This document shows positions 1 to 11,500 of a stretch of 64,000 nt of DNA, in pieces. The position numbers and the translations under genes were made by a program. Below the pieces are notes generated by a model. It was not told the origin of the DNA. It was given only the letters and a program-made list of their open reading frames with translations, and made no database searches. Source of the stretch: a virus; the IMG/VR virus record IMGVR_UViG_3300045988_034373, positions 117,963 to 181,962 of that record. One strand, 5' to 3'. The number at the start of each line of letters is the position of its first letter. The stretch's first letter is position 1.

Positions 1-3000
1 AAGTTTAACCAATTCTATGATGGAGCTTTACAGTCATACCAACTATTAGCTAATAATACGTTTAATGAAACTGTAATGGATGAGGCTACCTTTGGCTTTA
101 ATAATATTTGGGCGCCTAAGGAGTCTAGCAAGAGAACTCAACCAGAGTTCCAAATCAATAGGACATTCAATCCTGACAGAAGGAAGATGGGAGTAGAGAA
201 AGTAGGGTTCGTTAGTGATAGAACCCTTACTGCTGCTGAGATAGCCCAAACTCAGAAAGTATTTGACCCAGAGACGGGTGAGTGGGATGAGTCTCCTAAT
301 GATGCATGGCTTGGTAGGAATTGGTTCCAACCAGTAGCACTAGCACAATGGGATTCAGATGATTACCACATTGACCCAGAAACTAATAGAAAGGTAAGAC
401 ATAGAAAGGGTGAGTTGAAGTTAAATGAGGAAGGTACTTATTATTATGAGAAGTTAGGTAGTAGAGAACCTTATGGTAGACAATTATTATCTCCATTTGA
501 TGTTCTAACTACTGATGGCTCTAAAGCTAATAAGTATGACTTCTTTGATTCTGATAGCTTAGATAAGAGTGTATTTGGAAGTATAATGAAGAATACATTC
601 AAGATTGCTCCTATGTTCGTACCTTATGTAGGTCCAGTATACATTGGGCTAGGTATTGCTAATGAACTAGCTAAGGTATTACCTATTATATATAAGACTA
701 CATTCGGATTAGCTGGGGCATCTACTGACTGGGCTAATAAGTTAGAAGGATTTGCATACTCTATGGATAGTGGAACATCTGAATATGCTAAGCAACATCC
801 TTGGGCAGCAGAGAATATTCTTAACATGGTTGGTGATGTAGCTAAACAACTATATGAACAAAGGTGGATATTTACTAATGCTCCGAGACTATTCAAGTCC
901 TATGGCATATCATCTAAGAATGGTACTCCATCAGAATTAGATAAGCAAATTGCTAAGTTAGCCGAGGAATATACTCAGACTGCTGTTAAGGACATTCCTA
1001 AGGTATTAAAGTCCTTAGAGGCTACTGGTAGTCTTGATATTATACAGAAGGAAGCTTTAGCTAAAGCTACTATATGGGGACAGAATTATATGAAGAGTTA
1101 CGAGAACTGGGGTAAACACTTATCTCGTCTTTACATGACTGGTACAGCTTCATATAACGCCTTTAGTGATGCTAAGGAAGAAGGGGCAAGTGATGAACAA
1201 GCCGCTGCTGTATTCTGGGGATATATGGCTGGAATGTATGCTTTAATGTCTACCGATATTGGAGAACACGTACTTCCAGAATTGAGAATGGATAAAGCTC
1301 AAATTAGAAAACTTATCCAAGATGTAAGCCAACAAGCCAAGCAGAGTATATCTACTAATGCTATTAAAGCCGAGTCTAAAGAAGCAAGTAAGAATATATT
1401 TGCTAAGTTGTTTAATAGTGCTAAATCATTTGCGCAGAACAACTATAAAGCTATTGCTGATGGTTCTACTTCTATCATGTCTAATGCTCTTGCAGAAGGT
1501 GTGGAAGAAGTATCGGAAGAAGTATTATATGATGTTACTAAAGCAACATTTAATGCTATCTCATATTTCACTGGTAACGAAAGAAGACTATCTGCATTTA
1601 ATGATATGGCTTCTCGTTATAGTATGTCATTCTTTGGAGGTGCTATCGGTGGTGGTATGTTCCAAGGTATAAATGACATTAAGATTAGAAAGTCCTACGA
1701 TTCTAGTAATATGCAAGCTAATCAGGAACTTATCTACTTAATCAGACAAGGTCGAGGTGAAGAGATTTACAAGGCTTTGGAAGATATGAAGAAGAAGGGA
1801 GTTCTTGGTGATAAGAACCTATCTGCAACTAAGGTTGACAAGGTAGATGATAAGTATGTATATCAACAAGGAACTGACAAAGATAACCAAAATGATGCTA
1901 TATATAGTCTGATGAAAGATTATGTTAGCAACATAGAACAAGTTCTATCTGTAGAGGGAATGAAGCTATCTGATGCTTCTCTGTTAGATAAGCAAATGCT
2001 ATCAGAGTTAAGGTATCAAGAGTTATTTAAGAATGCACCTTCTACTGGTAAAATCCTACAAGACTTCAATAATCTTGCTGATAGGTTCTTAACCTTACAT
2101 AGTAAGATTGATGAAATCAATGCTACCTATTCTGATGAGAATGGTAAGAAGAGTAAGGAGTATGCTGATGCTATGGCTGCTGTTCAACAGCAAATAGACG
2201 ATGCTAAGAAAGAACAATATGAGTTCTTGCATACTGGTATGAGAGGTAAGTACTTGGGAATGATGATGTTCTCAGCTAACCCTGTAATCAGTAAGCCATT
2301 CATTGATATGAACTTTAGAATGTATGCAGAGTCTAAATATAATAAGGACTTTGAATTACTATCTGAAGATGATATAGCTAAAGCTAAGGAGGATTACAAC
2401 AACTACTTACAATATGATGCCAATTCTAAATTAGATATGGCTTACGGTGTATTCCGTAATATGAATGAGAAGCTATCTCCTATCTTCCAGGAAACTGGAG
2501 AGTTGGGCTATAAGCAATATGCACAACTAAAGAGGAATTTCTACAATGCCTCTATGTCTTTAACTGGTGCTGATGGTGTTGCTAAACCTACAACTATATC
2601 TGATATACTTGGTGGCATGTTCGGTAATAAGAATGCTACTGACGAGGATATACTTGAAATGGCTGAGAACCTAAAGAAGCCTAGAATAAAGGAAGCTAAA
2701 GAACATCCATTTGATGAAATATCAAGGTTCTTATCCTATTCTATGCCCACAGTTGATGGAAGTGCAATCTCTAATGGTGCTATACTTGTAAGACAGCTGA
2801 ACCAAGCTGCTGATGTATTCATGGCAAATGGTTATATTGACAAGGAGGTTGCTGATTCTATGAGGAAGCTAGTTGACCAAATTGTAACTGTAAATAGGGA
2901 TATATATCACTGCGATATGGAAGATGCCTATTATGATGTGAGTGATGAGGCTGGAGATGCAATCCGTAACTGGGTTGACCAAGACTTGACTGTAGCTAAT

Positions 3001-6000
3001 ATAAAGGAGAAAACCCAAGAGTTAGTTGAGAAGTTGAAGTCTATCGAAGGTCTTAATGATGCACAGCAGAATATGTTGAACACCATCATTGATGATATTA
3101 AGAGACAAAGTAACTCAACACTTGCTCAGAACCTTCCAATTCTTAATGATGCTAATGCTTTACTAAAGAAGCTTGATACTGCAAAGACTAATCCATTATA
3201 TGATGTCCTATCTAAGATAGGTGTTAATGTAATTGGTAAAAAGACTAATGTGTTTGACCTATTACAGGAAATTGAGCAACAGTTCAATGAAGTGCATATC
3301 TCTGACTTTGCATTAGATAACAAGCTAAAGCAAGAACAAATAAAGGATGCAAGGAAGATTCTATCAGCAGCTAGGTCTGTTATATATGCTTCTCAATACG
3401 ATAACTTGGATGCATCTAATCCATTTGGATTTAATGTTACTCTAAAGGAGTTCTACCAAAAGAATGGTATTGAGGATGCTCCCGAACTTGGAATAATTGA
3501 TTCTGAGATTGCTACTATAATGAATAGGGACTTAGATAGAATTGAAAGTAAGTTAGACTTTATCGAAAGACTATCTAACCTTAATAAGGAGTCTCAGTTA
3601 AAGGAGCAAAGAAGAACATCAGTTAATATGAACTATCTATTCTATGATGTTGTTGGTGATGAGAATAGTTTCCTATACACCAAGATGGTTGATGGTCAAC
3701 CTCAACTAAAGGGAATTGATGGTGAAGTATTACTAAATGATAAAGTAAGGGAGGCTATTAATAATGCTACTACTCTAAGGCAGTTTACTGAAGACCAAGA
3801 CAGAACGTTGGATGTGTCTGATGAGGATTACATATCAATGGAGAAGGAAAGAGTACTTATTGAGGATGCTCTTTATGATAGGTTCCAAGAAATATCCCAT
3901 GGTAAAGACCAAGTAGAGGCTATTAAGTCTATCTTATTTGACGGTGGATTATCTTACGAAGGTATTGCAAAAGGTAGTGAAGGTATTAGGTCAGTTACTA
4001 AGAGTCTTAGTGATTCAGAGAAGCTAGCCTATGCAAGTGGTATCTTAGGAATTAAGAGTTCAGACTTCTTATCTCAATACTATACCGTTATTAAGAGTGA
4101 TACATCTAAGTTAGCTCCTATAGCTACTCAAGAATTTGCTGCAAGAATAGCTTACACATTAGCTTCTAACAGAGGGTTCATTAACAATGTAGTTAAAGCT
4201 GCTGACATTCCCAATAACTTTGGTAGTACTGCTCTATTAAATACAGTATTTATTGAAGGTGTTCCTGGTGCTGGTAAGACTAAAGCTGTTGTTAAGATAG
4301 TGTATCAAATGCTTAAAGCATCTAATCCTAATGTTAAAACATGGACTGCTGGTCCTCGTCAAAAGCAAAGTGATAACTTAGCTGGAGAAATTGGTGCTGA
4401 ACATAACACATCATTCACCAAAGAAACATTATTTACTAAACTTGGAATATCTCCCGAATATGTAAATGATGTTAATAACATAAGGATTGTAGTGTCTTCA
4501 TCTAATAAGAAATCTGTAGAGATTGTTGGACTTGATGAGAGAGAGTACAGTAAGGATGATTTACCATCAGTATTATTCATTGATGAAGCTACCCACTTTA
4601 CTAATGGTGAATTGCAGGTAATCTCCGACTTCGCTGCTAAGAATAATGTAGCTGTAATAATGTTGGGAGATACTGAGCAAAGTGGTAAGAATCAACTATG
4701 GAAAGTAAAAGACGGTAATAATGAAGTGCCAGTTTACAACTCGTTTGTATCTACATTTAGCATCTCTTCTCCTAAGCTAACAGTTTCAATGAGAGCATCT
4801 AATACTAATAAGAGAGACAATCTTAATAATATTAGGTCTTTAATGGAACCTCTTAGAGCTACTAACACTGACATGGCAGTTAGTGAGAAGTGGTCATTCT
4901 TGAGTAACAATCTTGAGGTAAAATATACACAAGATGAATCTGGAATACATGGAGAGAAGGTACAAGCAAGTTTAGATTCTAGTGATTTAGACTTAATGCT
5001 ATCTACTCTTAAAGAGGGAGAAACAATAGGATATATCTATGATAATACTGAGTCTGATACTTATAAGATGCTTAATTCGTTACCTTCTGAAAAGAAGGAT
5101 AAGATAGAGTTCTTTACCGAGGAATCAGCACAAGGTAGTGAAGCTAAATACTTCATTGTAGATATTGATTGGAGTAAGAAGAGGTCTGCTGGTAGTGAAA
5201 CAGCTGAATCTAGTATAGAAGTATCTAACTTCATTAAGAGCCTTTACACTATTGCTACTCGTTCAGAAGAAGGTACTGTTATCATTAACAACTATCTAAC
5301 TGAAGTAGCAGGTCAGAATGCCTTTATTGAGAGTGATTATAATGCTCCTACGTCTTATACTGATGAATCTCTTGCAGATTATAAGGAAAAGAGACTAAGA
5401 GCTTTAGAAGAAATTCTTAAAGGTTATACTCCATCTAATCCAGCCATAGCTCCTGTAGTTCCAGGTGGTCAGCCTGTTACTGATAAGCCAGCTATAGTAC
5501 CTAAACTAAAAGAAGGTGCTTGGATTCAAATGAATGATGGTAGTAAATGGCGTATCATGTCAGTAGAAGAGACTGAATATGTTATTGCATCTCAAGACAA
5601 GACAGAATATCTTAGACAGCCTATAGAGCAGGTAGATGCTATGTTAGGTGTTTCAGTCCATCTAACTACTGAACCTACTAAGCCAGCTATATTACCCGAA
5701 GGTGGTAAAAGACCCGATTTACAGCAAGTCTTAATTGAGGAGGCACAAGCAAGTGAAGAAGGTACTGAGAGTGATTTAGAGGCTAAGAAGAAGGCTCAGT
5801 GGTATGCTAAAGATGACCCAGGATTTAAAGTATATACCTTTGCTGGATACAGGTCTGGTATAGGTGTGGAAATGGCTCATGGTTCTATAGCAGTTGATGC
5901 TGATAACAATGTCAATATTGTTAATTCAGGTAGGAAGTACAAGAATGCTTCTGGTGAACTTGTGGATGAAACTAAGGGCGATTTACAAGCCCTACTTAAC

Positions 6001-8499
6001 TTAGAAACATTTAGAAATGGCTCAGTTAAGATTCCATTTAATACTTATAATACTGCTACTACATTGTTAGCTGATATTAGAAGTGCTATAATGTTTGCTA
6101 GAACTAACGGTGCTGCACTATCAGGTGTTAAGAAACTAATAAGGGAGTTCCCTCCTGCTAGTAAGCTAGCTTCAGCTGTTACTGGAGAGTTACAAGTTAA
6201 GTATGTCAATTCATTCTATCAACAGACAGACCAGACCATTGAAATGGGTGATAAAACTACTCCTAATAGGAAGTTAGTAGTATATACCCTTAAAGACAGA
6301 AGTGGTAATCCGATTGCAGAGTTTACTGTAGGAGTTCTTCCTGGAGAGTTTACTTTAGATAACTGGGTTCAGAACTATGTCGGAGAGGATAAGAACATCC
6401 AATCTAAATGGAAGAGGTTGAGTGAGTTACTTGCTAAAGGTAATGAAATAACTAAAAAGAATGGCGGACGTACAGTATATATCCCATTAGGAACCGACTT
6501 TGCACTAGGTCCTAATATTATTTCTAACACTAAGATTAGTAAAGTAGATTCTAGTGGTAGAGCCTACGTAGATGGTGCTACATTAAAAATAGTTCCATTT
6601 AGTGAGTTTAAGAATGCTAAATCAAGAATTGTATCTGACGTTTACATTATGACTAATGTAGGTGTTAATAACGAGTTCTATGATAAGTCCTTAGCTGGTA
6701 AGGCGGTCGCATTCGTAACTACTAAGAAAGACTTTGCTTATAAGGGAATAAAAGCATCAAATGACCCTAACATTCTTGCGGAAGCATGGATGGAAACAAG
6801 GGGAAATACAGATGCTGACAAGTTAGACGATGTGGTTAAAGTTGTTAAACTTGACCCAATCGGTGTTAACTTTGAGGAGTATATTAATGGAGTTAGTGCT
6901 TTCAGAAGAGAGTTAGCTAATAAGACTGGTAATGCAAAGATGTTCAGTCCTCCAGGAAATAAATATACTGCTGCTCGTATCTTTATGAATCTATTACAAT
7001 TTGACTTAGACCTAAAAAGTGCTCTTGTAACTGGTCAAACAGTACATGGTGTGTCTATAGTCGAAGGAGATAAGTTTAGATATGAGAATGGAAAGGTGGA
7101 CATACCTAGTAGTAAAGCAACAGAGTTAATTAGTAGCTTAGATTCAATGATGGCTTCTGCTGTTAATAGAATCTATGGTAAGAATGACGCTGAAAAGTTA
7201 GCCACAACTAATGTAGAATGGGGACTTACTGGTGAAGTTACTCAGACTGCAATAGATAAGCTTAACAATGCTGTACTAAATAGGTTTGATAATTACCTTG
7301 AGAACTTACAGAGTTATAAGGATGGAGAAATCTTAGCTGAGTTTGCTGACTCATATTCATTTACATTGGCTAAGTTATTCCATAATTACTTTGCAGAATT
7401 TAGGGTAGATTCTAAGAACTATGGATTAAGAACTGATGCACAATCTCAGAATCTACTAAAGACTGTAACTAAAGTTCTTCAAAACTACGAGCAAAGCTCA
7501 TTTAAAGAGGGTATTTACTATACTCCTGTTTATAAGAGTAGTGCTGAAGGTGGTGGTATAGCTACAGCAATGGCATACCCTGCTATCAATATGGTTAACA
7601 ACTTTACGGTGGATGTGGAAGCACAGACTCCAGATTTTGTTATCACTGGTGAAGCTTTGCAAAGACTTGCAAATGGTATTGAACAATATATGTCTAGTAG
7701 ACCTACTCAAAGACCAGTAGAACATGATTATACTATGGATAACGCTAAAGCCGTTTTAGCAGCTAAAGCTAAATTCAAGTATGATGAACAGTTCAAAGGT
7801 ATATTTGAAACGGCTTCTGACATAGTTGCTAAATCACTACCATCAAATAAACCAGCTCTTGATAAGGATATTGCAAATTCAATCTATAGTACAATTAAGA
7901 GAATGGCAGCTGATAGGAAACAGAATTTAGTAGATTCTAGTACTGAAGGCTTCATTATCAGTGTACAAGGTAATATTACTTCAGATGGTGTCATGGACTT
8001 AAAGTTCAATACACTGGGAGGAACACTAAGAACAATGCTTAACCAGCCAGTAACTAACATCAGTGTTGATGGAAGTGAAGGTAGTGCTTTGTATTCTGGA
8101 AAATTTGAGGTAAATTTGCAACCATATCAATGGACGATGGATAGCACAGGTAAGGTTACTTACACTGAAATCCAAAATCCAGTTGCTGACGAAGGTCAAA
8201 AGGCTGAGAACTTAGCAAAGCTTGAAGCTGAGACACAAAAGTTGGAAGCAAGGAAAGAGAAGATACTTAACGAGTTGGTTAGTGGCATGAAGGAACCCAT
8301 AGTTACTAAAGTAAAGGAAAGTGTAGACATAATACTTTCTGGAGATTTAGGTACTAAGGAGTATACTAGAGCCAAGACATTCGTCGCTAAGGCATTCTCA
8401 CTAGCTCCATCCAACTTAAAGAGTGAGTGGGATTCATTGTTATCTGATTATATCAATAACAAGGATGCCATAAATAACATATTAGGAACTTGTAATTAA
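1..8499 (+). CDS. Giant presumptive virion-packaged (cargo-type) protein, 5' end truncated by the window edge, containing an SF1 helicase core
   Basis: The ORF track gives 76..8499 (2807 aa). The same frame has no stop from nt 1 (KFNQFYDGALQSYQLLANNTFNETV precedes the listed Met), so the gene starts upstream of the window and is >2,832 aa. It is uninterrupted, ends in TAA, and sits 10 nt upstream of the next giant ORF. Confidence 0.85.
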   Translation, partial: KFNQFYDGALQSYQLLANNTFNETVMDEATFGFNNIWAPKESSKRTQPEFQINRTFNPDRRKMGVEKVGFVSDRTLTAAEIAQTQKVFDPETGEWDESPNDAWLGRNWFQPVALAQWDSDDYHIDPETNRKVRHRKGELKLNEEGTYYYEKLGSREPYGRQLLSPFDVLTTDGSKANKYDFFDSDSLDKSVFGSIMKNTFKIAPMFVPYVGPVYIGLGIANELAKVLPIIYKTTFGLAGASTDWANKLEGFAYSMDSGTSEYAKQHPWAAENILNMVGDVAKQLYEQRWIFTNAPRLFKSYGISSKNGTPSELDKQIAKLAEEYTQTAVKDIPKVLKSLEATGSLDIIQKEALAKATIWGQNYMKSYENWGKHLSRLYMTGTASYNAFSDAKEEGASDEQAAAVFWGYMAGMYALMSTDIGEHVLPELRMDKAQIRKLIQDVSQQAKQSISTNAIKAESKEASKNIFAKLFNSAKSFAQNNYKAIADGSTSIMSNALAEGVEEVSEEVLYDVTKATFNAISYFTGNERRLSAFNDMASRYSMSFFGGAIGGGMFQGINDIKIRKSYDSSNMQANQELIYLIRQGRGEEIYKALEDMKKKGVLGDKNLSATKVDKVDDKYVYQQGTDKDNQNDAIYSLMKDYVSNIEQVLSVEGMKLSDASLLDKQMLSELRYQELFKNAPSTGKILQDFNNLADRFLTLHSKIDEINATYSDENGKKSKEYADAMAAVQQQIDDAKKEQYEFLHTGMRGKYLGMMMFSANPVISKPFIDMNFRMYAESKYNKDFELLSEDDIAKAKEDYNNYLQYDANSKLDMAYGVFRNMNEKLSPIFQETGELGYKQYAQLKRNFYNASMSLTGADGVAKPTTISDILGGMFGNKNATDEDILEMAENLKKPRIKEAKEHPFDEISRFLSYSMPTVDGSAISNGAILVRQLNQAADVFMANGYIDKEVADSMRKLVDQIVTVNRDIYHCDMEDAYYDVSDEAGDAIRNWVDQDLTVANIKEKTQELVEKLKSIEGLNDAQQNMLNTIIDDIKRQSNSTLAQNLPILNDANALLKKLDTAKTNPLYDVLSKIGVNVIGKKTNVFDLLQEIEQQFNEVHISDFALDNKLKQEQIKDARKILSAARSVIYASQYDNLDASNPFGFNVTLKEFYQKNGIEDAPELGIIDSEIATIMNRDLDRIESKLDFIERLSNLNKESQLKEQRRTSVNMNYLFYDVVGDENSFLYTKMVDGQPQLKGIDGEVLLNDKVREAINNATTLRQFTEDQDRTLDVSDEDYISMEKERVLIEDALYDRFQEISHGKDQVEAIKSILFDGGLSYEGIAKGSEGIRSVTKSLSDSEKLAYASGILGIKSSDFLSQYYTVIKSDTSKLAPIATQEFAARIAYTLASNRGFINNVVKAADIPNNFGSTALLNTVFIEGVPGAGKTKAVVKIVYQMLKASNPNVKTWTAGPRQKQSDNLAGEIGAEHNTSFTKETLFTKLGISPEYVNDVNNIRIVVSSSNKKSVEIVGLDEREYSKDDLPSVLFIDEATHFTNGELQVISDFAAKNNVAVIMLGDTEQSGKNQLWKVKDGNNEVPVYNSFVSTFSISSPKLTVSMRASNTNKRDNLNNIRSLMEPLRATNTDMAVSEKWSFLSNNLEVKYTQDESGIHGEKVQASLDSSDLDLMLSTLKEGETIGYIYDNTESDTYKMLNSLPSEKKDKIEFFTEESAQGSEAKYFIVDIDWSKKRSAGSETAESSIEVSNFIKSLYTIATRSEEGTVIINNYLTEVAGQNAFIESDYNAPTSYTDESLADYKEKRLRALEEILKGYTPSNPAIAPVVPGGQPVTDKPAIVPKLKEGAWIQMNDGSKWRIMSVEETEYVIASQDKTEYLRQPIEQVDAMLGVSVHLTTEPTKPAILPEGGKRPDLQQVLIEEAQASEEGTESDLEAKKKAQWYAKDDPGFKVYTFAGYRSGIGVEMAHGSIAVDADNNVNIVNSGRKYKNASGELVDETKGDLQALLNLETFRNGSVKIPFNTYNTATTLLADIRSAIMFARTNGAALSGVKKLIREFPPASKLASAVTGELQVKYVNSFYQQTDQTIEMGDKTTPNRKLVVYTLKDRSGNPIAEFTVGVLPGEFTLDNWVQNYVGEDKNIQSKWKRLSELLAKGNEITKKNGGRTVYIPLGTDFALGPNIISNTKISKVDSSGRAYVDGATLKIVPFSEFKNAKSRIVSDVYIMTNVGVNNEFYDKSLAGKAVAFVTTKKDFAYKGIKASNDPNILAEAWMETRGNTDADKLDDVVKVVKLDPIGVNFEEYINGVSAFRRELANKTGNAKMFSPPGNKYTAARIFMNLLQFDLDLKSALVTGQTVHGVSIVEGDKFRYENGKVDIPSSKATELISSLDSMMASAVNRIYGKNDAEKLATTNVEWGLTGEVTQTAIDKLNNAVLNRFDNYLENLQSYKDGEILAEFADSYSFTLAKLFHNYFAEFRVDSKNYGLRTDAQSQNLLKTVTKVLQNYEQSSFKEGIYYTPVYKSSAEGGGIATAMAYPAINMVNNFTVDVEAQTPDFVITGEALQRLANGIEQYMSSRPTQRPVEHDYTMDNAKAVLAAKAKFKYDEQFKGIFETASDIVAKSLPSNKPALDKDIANSIYSTIKRMAADRKQNLVDSSTEGFIISVQGNITSDGVMDLKFNTLGGTLRTMLNQPVTNISVDGSEGSALYSGKFEVNLQPYQWTMDSTGKVTYTEIQNPVADEGQKAENLAKLEAETQKLEARKEKILNELVSGMKEPIVTKVKESVDIILSGDLGTKEYTRAKTFVAKAFSLAPSNLKSEWDSLLSDYINNKDAINNILGTCN
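4200..5300 (+). other. SF1 helicase core domain (UvrD/RecD/viral-helicase-1 type) inside the giant ORF
   Basis: All motifs are present in canonical order: I GVPGAGKT 4258-4281; Ia TWTAGPRQKQ; II LFIDEATH 4573-4596; III MLGDTEQSG 4660-4686; IV LTVSMRASN; V ESAQGSEAKYFIV 5122-5160; VI LYTIATRSEEGTVII 5242-5286. Confidence 0.8.
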
Positions 8500-8509
8500 A
8501 CAAAGAATT

Positions 8510-11500
8510 ATGCGTTGTATTGTTACTAATGACAAAAAAGAGATTATTATTGATTCGTTAAACAGTGTCTTTAATGATACTGAATTGATAACCTTAGAGG
8601 CTAAGTTCAAGAGATTGGGGGAAGACCTTTCCCCTATTCTTGTCTTAGACGATGAGCGTTCTATAAGTGTTATATCAGACATTATCAATGAGTGGATTCC
8701 AGAAGCTCGTGATGTGGCTGAAATGTTTGAAGATGATGTCCAACTAGCTCTATTAACTGAGTTAGAAGAAACAAAGGATTTACGAATTACTGACCTTAGA
8801 AAGTCAGGTGTAGCTCCAGCTAATAAGGCTGCTGCTAATTTAAATATGGACATCAGAGAGGAATCTTTAATTGATTATCAAGAGAAGATTACTTCTTCTA
8901 CCATCAGTAATCTGTATAGTAGTGCTCAGCAACCTCGAAATCTAATGCAAGATGAGTTAAGGCGTAGTGTTATATCATCATTCCTCGTAGATTTTAAGGA
9001 GGGACGAATCGTTAGAAGTTCTCAGGAATTTAATAAGAATCTAGCTGCCCTATTTAATAGACTATTAGCAGATTTAAAGATATATGCAGAGGAGGTTAAA
9101 GTCGATTTTGATAATTCTCTACTGCTATATGATGAAGATGGCAAATATACAGGACAGTTCTCAGTTGTACAGAAGTTAGCTGATACTCTCTTCGGTGATA
9201 AGTTTAATGCTACATACCTTGATCACCTATATGCTACTAGAACAAGTAGCTTTAGAAGTTCTAAGGCATTAAAAGCATATAACTCATATGTAATTCTAAA
9301 TAACTTTGATACATTGTTAAAGACCTTACTTGGTAAGACTATAACTATTGACCAAAGATATGTAGATTCTTTTACTGATGTTACAAATGACAAGTATAAG
9401 TTGCTTGACAATTCTAACTTAGTAAAGACATGGAGAAGCTCTGATGATGTAGATGCCCTATCTGAAATGGGTAATATCACTAAGATATTGCTAGAGCAGA
9501 CTCCCATGTTACATTATCCGACTGGAGAGAATAAATTCAATAACTATCTGGAGGTAAAGGACTTTACTTATGTCTTCAATAAACTTAAGAACATTCCAAT
9601 CTTCTCTGAAATAGCGGATAAGATTAGGTTTGCACCTAACAAGTTTATTCCAAAATTGATTGACACTGCACTTAAAACTAATACTAGAGGATTGACTGCC
9701 CATGATAAGGACATTATATTCTCTGTACAAAGAAGGTTCTATAAGAACAATTTTGACCCCTATGGTGATTCTGAGTATTCTCTAACTGAGATTATCAATA
9801 AGGAGTACAAAGAAGGTCAGAATGGTGTTCTTAGTCAGAATTTAGTTGACTTTGTATCTGGAATGATTGACAAGACTGTATCTACTAACCATATTGGGTA
9901 TAGACCATCTGACTCTGGCAACATGGAGATATTTGATGTTAAGGATAATAATCTTAATAGTCACAAGCTGATTATTGAGAAAGGTATCAATAACATTAAT
10001 AATACTCTATCAACTGAGTATAGAAGAGATTTACTTGATAAGTATTCGGTTAGAAGAAATGGAGCTAAGCTTAGCATTAGAATCCCAGGGTACACTACTA
10101 AGAATGGTCATTCACTACACGTTGTTCATGCAAACAATAGTAGTAGGGGAATATCTGTGTTTACTGTTGATTCTAACAGAAACCAAACTCCATTGTCTTT
10201 AAGTGAAATGGATAGAATGGTTCTTGAGGGAGATACAGACCTCATAAGAGCCTTAACAGAGTTCTTGGATGATACTCTATACCAATCACTTGGACTGCAG
10301 CCCGAAATACTTGATGCCTTTAGAGAAATTGTTGGGGCTAGCTCCGACATAAGTGCTATAATGCAACTTGCCACGTTAGGTGGACGTTCTTTAATGCGCA
10401 ATCAAATAGAAAAGGAATTAGCAGATGGAACAATGGATAGAGCCTCTGTACCTGAATGTTTCCCAGCAGAGTATAATAAGGAATCTGCCTTGTTTGATAA
10501 GAGGACAGGCTCACTGAAGACTGTAATACCTGACCAAGCTAATATTGTAAGGGATTTAGCTAGGGCACGTATGCTAGTTAATGGTGAAGCCGCCAAGAGT
10601 AACTCTCGTGACTTATCTGGTAACTCAATATCTAATAATGGTTTAACTAACCTTATTAATACTGCTAAAGTTAACTGGATTGAAGCTAAGCATCTATCTA
10701 GTTATGGCTATAATGTAGCTTCATTAGGTAGTATCTTCGTTAAGAATCCTAATCTTATATTTGGAACTACTGTAAAGAAGGAAGCCCAAAGTAAGGATAG
10801 GTCTGTAACTAAGTCTAGTGCTAAGTTCTTCTCGTCTGAGATTGCCCATAGTTCGATTCTGTATGACTTCTGGTCTGGGTTCCTTAATAAGGATGGTGAT
10901 ATGGCTGGTAAGTTCTATATCCAACCTACAGTATATTCAGATAAGTCAAGACATTATTTGATTGGAATTGATGGTATGCAAGTACTGACTCCAACATTTG
11001 ATGAAACTACTGGAGGTAATGTAGGTGGTAAGAGGATTACAGAGTCTACTGCTGAGGACATTAGAAATGTTCATTATGCTTCTATGGCTCAGATGTATAG
11101 GGTTATGAGGGATAACTTAATGGCTGATTATCAGCAGACATTGGCTCCCATACTCCCAATGCTAGGCATTTCAAGTATTACTACGTTCAGCGATGTGGAG
11201 AATGTATTTAATGCTATCAATGCTAAGTATAAGCTAAAGAAGGATGTGGAGTTCTTTAGGTCCAAGGGTATGCCAGTTAATCCAGAGAATGAAGCTGAGT
11301 ATCAGCAAATCATGCAGAGTCAAATGGCTTTAGCAAGCTCTCCTCAGGATTTGTATATGTTACTTGCTAAGGATGCTAATACTGACGTTATTGACCAGAT
11401 TCACTTCTCTGGTAAAGGTAATCTAGGAATTAACAAATTGTTAAAGCATTACTTCGAGATGTTCTTGGATGATGCTAAGACAAGGAGCATTTATAATGCT

